Source: the human T2T-CHM13v2.0 reference genome, Homo sapiens. Taken from it: 64,000 nt of DNA. The position numbers were made by a program, and so were the translations under genes. Shown here piece after piece: positions 47,972-64,000 of the stretch. Each line of letters opens with the position of its first letter. Position 1 is the stretch's first letter. Under the pieces are notes generated by a model. That model did not search any database and was not told the DNA's origin. It was given only the letters and a program-made list of their open reading frames with translations. The stretch lies in the NCBI RefSeq assembly GCF_009914755.1, contig NC_060931.1; one strand, given 5' to 3'.

Positions 47972-48732
47972 TTAAACCACTTTCAGTCTCTTGATATCTC
48001 ATTGCAAATAAATAACCAAAGTACAGCCTGGTCTGGACAGGAGATCACCTCAATTTGGGGCAGCTCACACAATACAGTCTAAAATGTGGATGTTGCTGGG
48101 GGCGACCTCATTAGTCAGGCAGTCACCCCTGTGAGAGGGCGATGCGTCCCACTGCCAAGACGCTCAAGTACCAATATGGAATGCCAGTCCCTTAAAAGAT
48201 TTTCCCTCCCTACGTCCCTGCGAAAGAGAGGCTGCCTGGATAATAGTCTTTCAATGTGTTGTGAAAAAAAAAAATAGTGTTTCTAGCAAAAGTGTTAAAG
48301 TGTTATGGGAAAGTAAATTACTGTCTACCTGGTATAGATGCTTTTCGCGATGTAGCAGGCATTAATTACACATCTGAATGTGACAAGATCAGTCTTCGGT
48401 TTACTGAATTGAAGACGGTCTGCTCACCAGGAGGGGGTTTTCCTGAATATCATCAGGGTTCCTCCTCCTACTCCATGTCCGGTTTTACTGTGTACTCCTG
48501 GGATGGGATCTGAGGCTGGAAAGAGCTAGAAAACCCCTCCGAGTCCCCCCAGAGAGATGGTAGCCTGTACACCCAGGTGGATTTTGGTCACTGAAAGAAT
48601 CAGTCTTCTTTTTTTCTCATCTTAAAATATCTGGACAAGGAAGTGGCTAGGATTATTGTGGGAGAAACTAGCTCATTGGTGGTTCTGGGATATGAACCCA
48701 GGATTCTCGGCCAGCATTCCAGCAACAGGGAC

Positions 48733-49089
48733 TGATATGCTTTGGCTGTGTCCCCACCCAAATCTCATCTTGAATAGTAGCTCCCATCGTTCTCACGTGT
48801 TGTGGGAGGACCCGGCGGGAGATAATTGAATCGTGGGGGCGGTTTCCCCCCATACTGTTCTCATGGTAGTGAATCAGTGTCATGAGGTCTGATTTTATAA
48901 GGGGGAACCTCTTTTGCTTGGTTCTCATTCTCTCTTGCTTGCTGCCATGTAAGACGTGCCTTTTGCCTTCTGCCATGATTGTGAGGCCTCCCCAGCCATG
49001 TGGAACTGAGTCCGTTAAACCTCTTTGTCTTTATGAATCACTCAGTCTTGGGTATGTCTTTATCAGCAGTGTGAAAATGAACTAATACA
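48733..49089 (+). mobile_element. THE1B solo LTR
   Basis: TGATATG.TTTGGCTGTGTCCCCACCC..AACTAATACA; TSD GGGAC/AGGAC. Confidence 0.92.
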
Positions 49090-50330
49090 AGGACCTTCCC
49101 ACCCTGCACTCCACAAACACCTTTCAGCAGGCTTTTGTGACTCCCAATTTGAAAGTGCTGCATTCGTTCCTGATGTGAAATGATTTGCGTATAAAGGTAA
49201 TACAAATCTGAACATTGCTTTTTTGCGTCTCACAGAAGCAGAAACATTCTTCTAGAAGAATATGCAACGGCAGAGGATAAAAATGGCCTTTTGAGTCTTT
49301 CAGTCATGAAAAGATCTCCCCACCAAAAATACATGAGACCTCTTACCCTAGAACAGTGTTTCCCAAAGTAAGTTCAGTGTTGGTCACCTGTAGACAGGTT
49401 GGCTTCCAATACCCTGGCTCTTGACCCTGGAATTCTCCTGGATCACATGGTCGTGGAATGCTTTGGTTGTAAGTATGCCTTGGTGCCTGTCTTCCCTGAT
49501 ACATGCAAGATGTCTAAGAATAGAGGCTGTATCTATTGCGTTCATTATCATCATTCCCAGGATCCATCATGGTGCCTGCCACAAAGTAGATATATGATAT
49601 TTTGGGATTGAAGGAAGGAGATTCTACATGGAAAAAAGGTTCCATGGTCAAGTACATTAGGAACTAGATAAAAAGCCTTCCTTTTGGGGGCTCACAAAAC
49701 ACCACTGGATAAGACACAGATGGAAAAAAAAGAAAAGCAGGTGTTTGCTCTGGCTTTTTGTCATTCTTGCTGCAGGACTTATCAGAACCTTGAATATGCT
49801 GATGTGTATGGTATCATCTCCAAGATAAGGCTGCAATGTGCAGTGGCCCCTGAAGTCACTTGATTGTGTAGCCTCCTCTCCTGGGATACTCAGTAACATT
49901 CAAATGGAGCAGCTGGTAGGAAGGCCTGGAGAAACCCACCTAACGGACCCCTGAATTACAGGGATAGCCAAGGCAGCCCTAGAGAGGCCAGGCTGCTGGG
50001 AAGGGCACCAGATAGAAGCAATCTACAGACAGCCCAGAAAGCTGTCATTCCCTCACTCAATCAGCAGATGTTTCTATTTCTGTTAAAACAGGATCAATTC
50101 ATTTTCCAATCATAAAAATAACAAGTGTGTACAGAAGCCCCATGCCTGTCTTGTTAAGCATTGAATCCTCAGTTTGACAAATATTTGCTGAATGAATAAA
50201 CATATAATAAATGGTAAAGTAGTATTACAAAGAGAATACATTCTGCTATCAAACCATCCTGAGCACTTTCTTCTGTGACTACTTACCATAAATAAAAATT
50301 CCGTGGCGAACCTTATTAAAAATATACCGG

Positions 50331-51190
<860 letters not shown>

Positions 51191-51449
51191 GATTTTGGAT
51201 TCATGGGCCTCACTGCAGAACTATTGAAGAAGAATCTGACTTTTAAAGGCCTCCAGTGATAGTGCTTCCAGAGTCCTTGGTCTGAGAGCCAGAGAGATCT
51301 GAGTTCAAAACCAGGCTCTGGCATTTACAGGTACTGGAGTTTGGGTGGGGAACAATGAGGTAGTTGGCTATCAGGATAAGCTTCTTCCAGCAGAGGGTTA
51401 AGCTCAGATACGAAGGAGAAGAAGGAACCAGGCAAGGGAAGGTTGGGGT

Positions 51450-52030
51450 ATATTGGTTTAGGTTCCCCTAGAAGCAGACTTTGAGCCGGAAGTGGAAGTG
51501 TAAATAAGTGTATTTGGGAGAGGATCCCAAGAAACACCATCGGAGGAGTGGGAAATGAGGGGGAAGAGGAGCAGTCATTGAAGGGTGCCGGGTAAAACAC
51601 GCATCTTGGATTTTGGTTGCTGAGAGAGTCAGTCTTTTTTCTCACCTTAAAATATCTGGACAAGGAAGTGGCTAGGATTATTGTGGGAGAAACTAGCTCA
51701 TCGGTGGTTCTGGGATTTGAACCCAGGATTCTCGGCCAGCATTCCAGCAACAGGGACTGATATGTTTTGGCTGTGTCCCCACCCAAATCTCATCTTGAAT
51801 TGTAGCTCCCATCATTCTCTGGGGCTTTTCTCCACCAGTCCCTGTAAGCCTTTGCTAAGGAATTACGGGTGTGGTTGGGGCTGGAGGGCGCCTCCATTCC
51901 CTGTCACTCTGGTAGCAAATGGTGGCCTGAGAACGTTCTCTGGTATAAATGTGGTCCCAGCGGTTGGACTCTGGAAGCCTGTGTTCACTGAAGGTCATGG
52001 AAAGGGGGCAGCATCTATTACAGGGGGCAG
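51450..52030 (-). mobile_element. LTR16-like ERVL LTR carrying a templated insertion
   Basis: GGTTCCCCTAGAAGCAGAC..TATTTGGGAGAGGATCCCAAGAAACAC. Confidence 0.55.
51607..51819 (+). repeat. Local duplicate of 48578-48794, including the THE1B 5' junction
   Basis: About 95% identity; unique flank plus the first ~60 bp of THE1B. Confidence 0.93.
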
Positions 52031-52074
52031 GAGTACTCCATGCTAAAGGATTCGAAGACACAAAAGTCCTAATT

Positions 52075-52654
<580 letters not shown>

Positions 52655-52684
<30 letters not shown>

Positions 52685-52781
52685 CAGGGCCGGGGCAAGC
52701 CGACTCCAGCACACGCTGAAGGACCGGGGCAAGCCGACTCCAGAACATGTGGGACAAGCCGACTCCAGCACATGCTGAAGG
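52655..52781. repeat. 34-bp minisatellite, about 4 units, derived from the MER63 terminus
   Basis: CCGGGGCAAGCCGACTCCAGCACACGCTGAAGG units at 52655, 52689, 52723 and 52751. Confidence 0.88.
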
Positions 52782-52806
52782 AGGAGTTCAGAAAGGAAAA
52801 TGGAAA

Positions 52807-53263
52807 GGTCAGCCTGGGCAACACAGCAAGACCCTGACTCTATAAAAAATCTTAAAAATTAGCTAGGCAAGGTGGTGCTCACCTGTAGTCCCAGCTCCTT
52901 GGAAGGGGACCGCTGTGTCTTCCCCCTCTCCAGGATTTACTGCATTGATTGGACGTTCCGAAGCCTTGCAGAGTGGCTACCCCAGGACTTGGCGGTACAG
53001 CACTGAGCAGGACACACAAAGCTGGCCTCTGGGAACTCACAGGTCCAAGCGAAGATAAAAGCCCCATAGGAAGTGGTGAGATGGGACAGACACGCTGGCA
53101 CTGGAGGAAGTGACCTTTCTACTGAGTCCTGAAAAGTGGCAAGGAGAAGACCAGGGGAGTGGCCCAGAGAAAGAGGCTCACTTGAGCCCAGGAGTTCGGG
53201 GCTGCAGCGAGCTATGATTGCACCACAGCACTCCAGCCTGGGTGACAGAGCAAGACCCTGTCT

Positions 53264-53293
<30 letters not shown>
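52807..53293 (+). mobile_element. 5'-truncated AluJ interrupted by a templated insertion
   Basis: TSD GAAAAT(G/A)GAAAG; right arm broken at ~52906/53175. Confidence 0.82.
52909..53174 (+). repeat. Local duplicate of 56256-56525
   Basis: ACACAAAGCTGGCCTCTGGGAACTCACAGGTCCAAGCGAAGATAAAAGCCCCATAGGAAGTGGTGAGATGG is identical; about 90% overall. Confidence 0.93.
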
Positions 53294-53296
<3 letters not shown>

Positions 53297-54459
53297 AAGA
53301 GAAAATAGAAAGCCATTAGAAGTGTTTTAAGCAGAGGATAGAAGGAATGATCTAATTTATGTCTGTCAACGAGCTCTGAGGCTGGAAAATAATGGGCTGA
53401 CCTGGAGCATTTCGGCATAGACCTAAACTCTATCCACTTTAGAACTTTGGTGGTGGGCACCCCAGACACACCCGGCTTCTGAAGAGCCCAGTTTCCGAGC
53501 AAAGAGAGAGAAAATCCCTCGTCAGACCTTCTCATGCTGGGCCGAGATCCATGCTTCCATTTAGATAGCATTAAAGGTCTTCTATAAATTAACAAAACAG
53601 GAAGAGCTGCAAATAAAAATGGACATGCCACACCGCCACGGGCATGTGAATTTCCCAGTGGTTCCCATTCGCCGGAGTAAGTTAAAGACCGTGTCAACCT
53701 TAACACAAGCTTTGGTGACTTTTGTCAGTTTAAGTAAGACCTTTAATACTCCTTAAACATATTTTTCTGTAAGTAATAGAATCGTGGCAGAGAAACGAAG
53801 CTATCTGTCATGGAAACGCCGGCAAAGGAGGAACAGGCGTGTAATAACAGGGGTGCCTGACTACCAGAATACCTGTGCAAATGAAAATTGATTTTCTCGA
53901 GAATTCTTCGCCTGATGAAATAAATTAAATCTACATTTACTTCTATTTGTTTAAAAACCTCTTTGTTAAAATAAGTACAGCAGTATATAGACATAATCTA
54001 ATAAATTAGAGGAGGATAAATTATACCCAAGAACATTCTGCACAGAGAATACACACACAGAGGGGACCCACAGAAGGAAGGCCTGTGAAAAACCACTTAA
54101 ATGTTTGGCTTAATTCCATTTGTAATGGTAAAACTGACAAACAGATACGTTTGGGTTTCCTAGAGCTTGTTTTATTTTTTTCCAAATCAGTTTTATTATG
54201 ATTTTAATTTGGAAAAAATAATCTACAGAGTTTCCACTTAGCCTGAAGAAATACAAGTTTAACTAGGTCTTAAAATTTAACACAGCTTGGAAAGTGCGCC
54301 AGTAGGAACAAAAACAATCCCTAATGAGAGGAAACAACATTACAAGACTTACATGAAAAGACATTATCTGAGGCCTCATCTTCCTGCCTGAGCCTGCCAT
54401 TCTGCCTCTGAGACTCTCACTTTCCCCCAACAAAAGGGAAATGTTAAAAGCACGGAGGG

Positions 54460-55121
<662 letters not shown>

Positions 55122-55185
55122 TAGGTGTGCCTCCCAGGGTGGTGCTGGGAGAGGTGAGGTGGAAGCTTTTTAGTGATTGGCTACA

Positions 55186-55525
<340 letters not shown>

Positions 55526-55639
55526 GTAAACTGGCTGCATTTACTCACGCACTATTGTCCCATGGCAGGGTACTGGTGGGTGCACAGAAAAATGAAACTG
55601 TTGTCACTGTGGTTGCTCTGATGTCACTGGAGACTGTGA

Positions 55640-55820
55640 GAACCACACAATAAGGGCAGCTCATGTTGCATTCAAACGCGTCAAGGCAGGTGCGTCACCC
55701 CAGGCTCTGAGCACACACCTCATTTCATCCCGAGCCAACACTGCTCCCATTTGACAGATGAGGACGTTGAGGCCTAAAGTGGAAAATTATAGCCAGCAAG
55801 TCTGACTCCAAAGCCCGTGT
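55640..55820 (-). mobile_element. MIR
   Basis: CCCATTTGACAGATGAGGACGTTGAGGC..TCTGACTCCAAAGCCCG. Confidence 0.7.
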
Positions 55821-57055
55821 GCCCACATGGCCTTTCTGTCCCATTGCTGGAAGAAGCCGCTGAAGGCACCATGTGTATCTTTTTCCCTAAGGATTTTCTT
55901 GTTGCTTTTAAAGGGATGGTAAAAGTGAACAGCTTGAGTTCTGTTTCTACCAAGTATGGGTGCTTACTTCCCTATCCCTGTTTTTGACTTCTGCTTTTTG
56001 GATTCCTTCTGAGCTGTTCATAGAAATGGGAACATTATGTACTCTTAACTTCCAAGTCGAGCCCAGTCAGATTGGTGCATCCAGAAACCTAACATCACCC
56101 AGCGTCATCTGAAGAACCTGCAACTTTTGAGTTTTTGGAACTGAAAGCAGACTAGGAGCTGTGCAGAGCTAATGGCCTCCTGCAGAAGCCGAACGACTTT
56201 GTTACATTAGGTGTCTCCACACCCTGACCCCAATCCCTCACCCTTCTCCTCTAGTACCCCTGTGTCTTCCCCATCTCCAGGATTTACTGTGTTGATTGGA
56301 TGTTTCAAAGCCTTGCGGAGTGGCTACCCCATCCCAGGACTTAGCTGTACAGCAGTGAGCAGGAGACACAAAGCTGGCCTCTGGGAACTCACAGGTCCAA
56401 GCGAAGATAAAAGCCCCATAGGAAGTGGTGAGATGGAACAGAGACCCTGGCACTAGAGGAAGTGACCTTTCTACTGAGTCCTGAAAAGTGGCAAGGAGAA
56501 GACCAGGGTAGCGGCCCGGCAAAGATGTAGATTTGAGAAAGAGAGGAATTGCTGGGTGCTCTGGAGTCATTCCATAGGGTTGGAGGAGTGGGAAGAAGGA
56601 ATCCCAGGGAATCAGGAGGATGCTTTCATGGGTCAGGCTAGGGAAATTGAGCAGCCTTTCTCAGCAGGGCAAAGGGGACTCACGGAGGCTTCAAAGCAGG
56701 GGAGGACTTGGTTGGATTTGCGTTTTACAAAGACTTTAGAAAGATGCCTCTTCCATTATTAACAGGCCACTCCATGCCAGCCTCTTGTGAAGGGCCTGTC
56801 CAATGCATCAGCCCCCAGGTGCTCAGGCTCAAACTCAGGGTTCATCTTTCCTTCCTGTCTCCTCTCCCTCTGCAAGTGCAATTCAGGGAATTAGCAAGTC
56901 CTGAGACCTCACCTTAAAATTTCATCCCCATCCTGGTCTGCTTCTCCCCACCCCACACCAATGCCTTTTCAATTCCTGTGGCAGCCTCCTCCCTATCTAC
57001 CTGCCTTCATGTGTCCGCCCTCCGCTCCTCCCACTGCAGCCCATGGGCCTCCTAA

Positions 57056-57582
<527 letters not shown>

Positions 57583-57585
57583 CAC

Positions 57586-57708
57586 TTTTTGTTTCTCTTT
57601 TGAAATGGAGTCTTACTCTGTCACTCAGGCTGGAGTGCAGTGGCAGGATCTTGGCTCACTGCAAACTATGATTCCTAGGCTCAAGTGATTCTCATGCTCA
57701 GCCTCCCG
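57586..57708 (-). mobile_element. Alu right-arm fragment
   Basis: TTTTGAAATGGAGTCTTACTCTGTC..CAGCCTCCCGA. Confidence 0.8.
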
Positions 57709-57719
57709 AAAATAACACT

Positions 57720-58218
57720 CACTTGACCACTCCCCCATCAAGATGTAGAGTCTAATTCTTTTCCCTTTTAACTTGGCTGGGTCTTAAGGACTTGTAAGCA
57801 ATAGAATATGATGGAAGTGATGCCATGTGACTCCAAGCCTAGATCAACAGAGGCCATGCAGTGCCCACCTGATTTCTTGGAATGCACACTCTCAGGACAC
57901 CCATCTCAGTACCCCTGCTGGGCTCTCAGCCACCATATTGTGAGGAAGCCCAAGCCACATGGAGGGGTCAGTCTTCAAGACTTTCCAGCCCAGGGGCCAG
58001 ACATGAGGAGAGAAACCTCTCAATGATTCCAACCCTAGGCATTTAAGCCACCTCAAATCACCTCCCCAGCTGAACCCCCATACTTCAGGGAGAGAGACAA
58101 GCCATCCCTGCTGTGCTCTGTCCAAATTTCTGGCCCACACAGTCTCTGAGCATATACAATTATTTTATATCCTTATGTTTGGGGGTGGTTTCTTACATAC
58201 CAGTAGATAACTGTAACA
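57720..58218 (+). mobile_element. MLT1F/G-type MaLR LTR
   Basis: AATAGAATATGATGGAAGTGATGC, GTGAGGAAGCCCAAGCCACATGG, TAGATAACTGTAACA. Confidence 0.72.
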
Positions 58219-58219
58219 G

Positions 58220-58640
58220 CTGGCTATGAAATACCCATTCCCCACATTCCCTCTCCCTTGCTAAAAGGTTTTGTTTGAGGTGGCCATGTGCCTAGCTAAA
58301 TACTGGCTCTCCCAACCTGTCTTGCAGCTGGGGTGGCCCTGGGACACAGTGGAAGTCTCTGAGAAAATGCTTTCTTTCCTGTGAAGAGGGAACAGTGCAG
58401 CTTGTACCCTCTGTCCCTCCCTTTTCTGCTTAGAATGAGAACACAGTGGCACAGTGGCTGGAGCTGCAGCCATCACTCTGTGATCTTGAGGGAAATGTGG
58501 GTTTCAAAGTTACCAAGTGGCTGATTCAACACAGGGAGCTATGACTCGACCTTTCTGGTTAGGTGAGAAAAATAACCCCCTTTTGGTTTGAGCCTCTGTA
58601 GCCAGGATTCTTGTTGATCAGTTCCACGTTTCTCATGTAT
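58220..58640 (+). mobile_element. MLT1K-type MaLR LTR
   Basis: CTTGCAGCTGGGGTGGCC, GGAGCTGCAGCCATC, GTGAGAAAAATAACCCC. Confidence 0.65.
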
Positions 58641-59416
58641 GCTACACTTGTATTCTCAGAAGCCATCTCCCCACCAGACCACAAGCTCTGTGAGATTAGG
58701 GACAGGGTCTGTTGTGTTCACCATCACATGCCCTCACCCTGAGGCTGGTACATTGGAGGTTTTCACGTATTTGTTGAATGCTATCAAATTCTATCAAATG
58801 CTATCAAAGGACACTGAAGGTTTTCTAGGTGGTTAGACACAGAGTCTCAGAGACATTTCCAGCCTGACAATTTCATGGATGAGGAATCTCCAGGAGGAAG
58901 GGTTGGGTCAGGGTTTCTCAGTCTCATTCTGGCACCTGTTCCCAAGGTCGCCAGGGTCCCTGGAATCCTTACTTCTCTGTGCACTTGGACTGGGTTGAGG
59001 TGGAGAAATCGCCTGCCGTTGGAAGCTTCCTCTGCGGCATTTCTTCCCCTGGTATTAACAAATGTTAATTGGAGGCAATGATCACTGGCCTTTCGTGTGC
59101 CCTTTAGGCTACCGTAATTCTGTGACTTCACTGCAAAAAAAAACCAACCTTGTAATTTTACTTGGCCTTACAGAAAAATCCTTAGAGGATGCATTCTAAG
59201 ACAAGAGGAAGTCCAGACAATTTTTTTTTTCTCTTTTGCTTGTGGGGTTGATTCTGCTCTGCATACAGATTTAGGTCGCACGTGTGAAATCGCGTACTTA
59301 TTTTAAAATGGAATAAACACGCAGCCGGCTTTTATGGCCATCTTCCCCCACTGCATTTCATTCTGACGTCCTTTGGTTACAAATGACCAGTCACATAGCT
59401 GGTCTAACACTCACAC

Positions 59417-59528
59417 TCTTTCCTGTGAAGAGGGAACAGTGTGGCTTGCACCCTCTGTCCCTCCCTTTTCTGCTTAGAATGAGAACCCAGTGACTGGGGC
59501 TGCAGCCATCACTCTGTGATCTTGAGGG
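59417..59528 (+). repeat. Local duplicate of 58373-58492
   Basis: TCTTTCCTGTGAAGAGGGAACAGTG..CTGCTTAGAATGAGAAC..CACTCTGTGATCTTGAGGG. Confidence 0.9.
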
Positions 59529-59604
59529 CTTTTAGGGCTTGGTGTACTTGTGACTTTGTCATAGTCAGTAAAAAGCTACTCATTTACTTTCCTTTGCCTG
59601 GTGG

Positions 59605-60242
59605 CCTCCAAGTTGTCTGTGTGCATTCTTGGGCATAGGTCGGACTACCTTTGGGAGGAACTTAGTTTATAGTTTGAAACAAAGATGATAACAGCCCTTT
59701 CCCAAAACAAACCCCCTTCCTGCCTGGGGATGAGAGGGCCTTTGTAGGACTAACAAATTAGCCACAAGATTAGAAATAAGGGTTTAGGAGTCACACAGGC
59801 GGAGGCTGCAAGATTCTAAGCCTCCCCAAATTGTTTTTGGGGATAACGTCACTATTGTAAAACCCAAGACCAGCGCTTGAGATATTTTGCAAACCCTGCA
59901 CTTGATGGATCAGCTGGCACCACCCAGATCGATAGACTGGCTCATCTGGTCTTGTGGGCCCCACCCAGGAACTGACTCAGTGCAGGAAGACAGCTTCAAC
60001 TCCCTATGATTTAATCTCCTTCCTGACCAGTCAGAACTCCTTATTCACCGGCCCCCTACCCACCAAATTATCCTTAGAAACTCCGATCCCTGAATTCTTG
60101 GGGAGACTGATTTAATAATAAAACTCTGGTCTCCCACACAGCTGGCTCTGTGTGAATTACTCTTTCTCTATTGCAATTCCCCTGTCTGGATAAGTTGGCT
60201 CTGTCTAGGCAGCAGGCAAGGAGAATCTGTTGGGCACTTATA
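59605..60242 (+). mobile_element. LTR8A-type ERV1 solo LTR lacking its 5' ~75 bp
   Basis: GGACTAACAAATTAGCCACAAGATTAG, GATGGATCAGCTGGCACCACCCAGATCGAT, AATAAAACTC; AP-1 site TGACTCA at 59973. Confidence 0.85.
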
Positions 60243-60330
60243 GCTTTGTGTCCTTGGGCTATGTTCTTAGCCTTCCTGTGACTCATTTTATCCACTGTAC
60301 ACAGGGATGTAACTGAATTGAGGATGAATT

Positions 60331-60624
60331 CTTTTTTTCTTTGAGGCAGAGTCTTGCTCTGTCACCAGGGCTGGAGGGCAGTGGTGTGATCTCTGCTCAC
60401 TGCAACCTCCGTCTCCCAGGTTCAAGCGATTCTCCTGCCTCAACCTCCTGAATAGCTGGGATTACAGGCATGTGCCACCATGCCTGGCTTATTTTTGTAT
60501 TTTTAGTAGAGTCCGGGTTTCACCATGTTGGCCAGACTGGTCTTGAACTCCTGATCTCAGGTGATCCGCCCGTCTCGGCCTCCCAAAGTGCTGGGATTAC
60601 AGGCAAAAGCCACTGCGCCTGGCC
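60331..60624 (-). mobile_element. AluSx within a MIR
   Basis: Full dimer. Confidence 0.9.
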
Positions 60625-61689
60625 AAGCATGAACTTTGTTAATGCGTGAAAGGCGCTGAGAGCAACACCTGACACGCGTTATATGAAAACAACAAATTCT
60701 GGGTGTCTTTGCATCCATCTGAGCAGAGAGACGGCTGTGTCTGGAGCCAGCCCAGGGAGGCAGGAGGCGTTCCCTGACATGACATCTCAACAGTGTCTTC
60801 CAGCCTTGATTTCTCCACTTGTAAAATGAAAGAGATCATATACTAGTTAGTGAAACCTTTGGCAATCTCAGATGAAATGTGTGATGAGGATGCAGAGTGT
60901 TATTGTAATTCCACGATTACAATCTCTGCAGAGCCGGGAGGCAGGAGGCTGGCGGGATACCACTGCCTACACACATACCTGAGGAGTTTTCTGTGTGTCT
61001 GTGAGGTTTCTATTGAAAACAAGATTCACAAAGGGAAAATCACCACCAGTCCTGGCCCCGCATAAAAGATAACAAGGAGAAGATAGAGCCTGAAATACCA
61101 GGGAGGTGAGACACAAAGAGTCAGTTAATAAATCCATCGAAAGCCCGTCCCCAAACACTGAAGCCAAATTTCATCTTGGAACACTTTGCATAACAAGCAA
61201 TTTAAGGTAAGGCGGACCCCCGAGAGCTACAGAACGTTTAAATGATGGGCAAATATTTCTGTTTGGTTGTTAGGAGAAATGACTTTTTGAACTCCAGTCT
61301 TTGAGTAAAACATGTTTGACCAGCTATAAACAGATTCAAACTATTTGCTTTTGCGGGGCTCCCATTTCATTTTCATGACGTTAGAGAGTGGCAGGAGATC
61401 ACTTCGTGAGACAACAGGTTGTAAAGGTTGAAGCTGGTAGCTACGGTACTGAATTGACTGAAAAATACACCACAACCCACACTGCTGTTGAGCCCACTCC
61501 GTTGGATGAGAGGACTTGCAATAGGAGTGCTGGCTTCCATCCCTGTCTGCAGGGGAATGTTGGCACCAGAGATGAACAGTGGGCCGTTGGGAATAGAGAA
61601 TTGCAATTTTTTAAAGAGATAAGATCTTGCTCTGTTACTCAGGCATTTGAAAATGCTTCTCAAAAGACATCATGAAGATAAGCCACAGA

Positions 61690-62094
61690 GGCTGTCATCC
61701 CAGAACTTTGGGAGGCCAAGGCTGGAGGATGGCCTGTGCTCAGGAGTTCAAGACCAGCCCGGGCAACATAGTGAAACCCCATCTCTACAAAAAATAAAAA
61801 AATTATCTGGGGATGGTGGCACATGCCTGTAGTCCCAGCTACTTTGAAGGCTGAGGTAGACGATCGCTTGAGCTCAGGAGTTTGAGACCAGCCTGTGCAA
61901 CAGAGTGAGACCCCATCTCTACAAAAAATACAAAAATTAGCTGCGTGTGGTGGCACATGCCTGTAGTCCCAGCTACTCCAAAGGTTGCGGTGGGAGGATC
62001 GCTTGAGCTCAGGTGGTTGCAGCTACAGTGAGCTGTGATCACACCACTACACTCCAGCCTAGGGGACAGAGTGAGAACCTGTTTCAAAAAAATT
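61690..62094 (+). mobile_element. Trimeric AluJ (left + hybrid + right arm)
   Basis: GACCAGCC at 61752 and 61886 (period 134); single TSD ATAAGCCACAGA. Confidence 0.85.
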
Positions 62095-62281
62095 AAAATA
62101 AGCCACAGAATGGAAAGAATATTGGCAGCACATGTATCTGACAAAGGACTTGTGCAGAATATGTAGAGAACTCCTACAAATTAACCCTGAAGAGAACAAC
62201 TCCTAAAAAATGAACAGAAGATTTGATCAGGCCCCCTCAAAGAAGATCTAAGAATGGCCAATGAATACATAAAAGATTCCC

Positions 62282-62607
<326 letters not shown>

Positions 62608-63028
62608 TCATCAAGGAAATGAACGTGATCACCATGGTAGACACAGTGGCTAAATTTTAAAAGATCGACAGTCCCAAATGCTGACAAAGATGTGGGGAAC
62701 ATGGACGGCTCCATGCTGCTGTTTGGAACATGGAATGGCACCGTCTCTCTGGAGTGCTGCTGATTACAAAGAGCAACACGTACCTACCCTATGACTCGGC
62801 AATTCCCCTTTGGTGTTTACACAAGAGAAATGAAAACGTACGTTCATAAAATGACATGCACTAGGATATGGATAGCAGCCTTGTTCAGAAGAACCCCAGA
62901 GTGAAAAGAGCCCAGATGGATACCATGCATCTGGGTCCATCGTGGTATGTTTATGCAGTGGAATACTATGCAGCAATAAAACTACTGATATGAGTAATGA
63001 TGTGGATGGTTCTTAAAAACTATACTGA

Positions 63029-63431
<403 letters not shown>

Positions 63432-63499
63432 TCACCTGGGGAGAGGAAGGAAATTGACTGAAAAAGGGGAGAAAGAACTTTCTGGGCTGATGGTGGCAT

Positions 63500-64000
<501 letters not shown>

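Overview
Human (or very close hominin) genomic DNA: a near-consensus AluYa5 with a perfect target-site duplication (TSD) lies at 2630. The window is non-coding and dominated by transposable elements: about 45 Alus (J, S, Y), L1M/HAL1, L2/MIR, MaLR/ERVL/ERV1 solo LTRs and DNA-transposon fossils, including a full-length Hsmar2 mariner, a MER85 piggyBac MITE and MER1A. A few repeat-free islands look like candidate distal enhancers. I could not support any protein-coding exon, RNA gene, CRISPR array or prokaryotic system; the supplied ORFs are repeat-derived or chance frames. The most unusual signal is structural. At least eight short (about 80-830 bp) local copy-paste events are present, each duplicating sequence from 1-4.3 kb away, upstream or downstream. 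One is inverted and one draws on two donors. Five drop into older repeats with no TSD or poly-A. This resembles a long-lived hotspot of locally templated break repair, but its enrichment over genomic background is untested. Repeat subfamily names come from recalled consensus sequences, boundaries of old elements are approximate, and percent identities are by-eye estimates.
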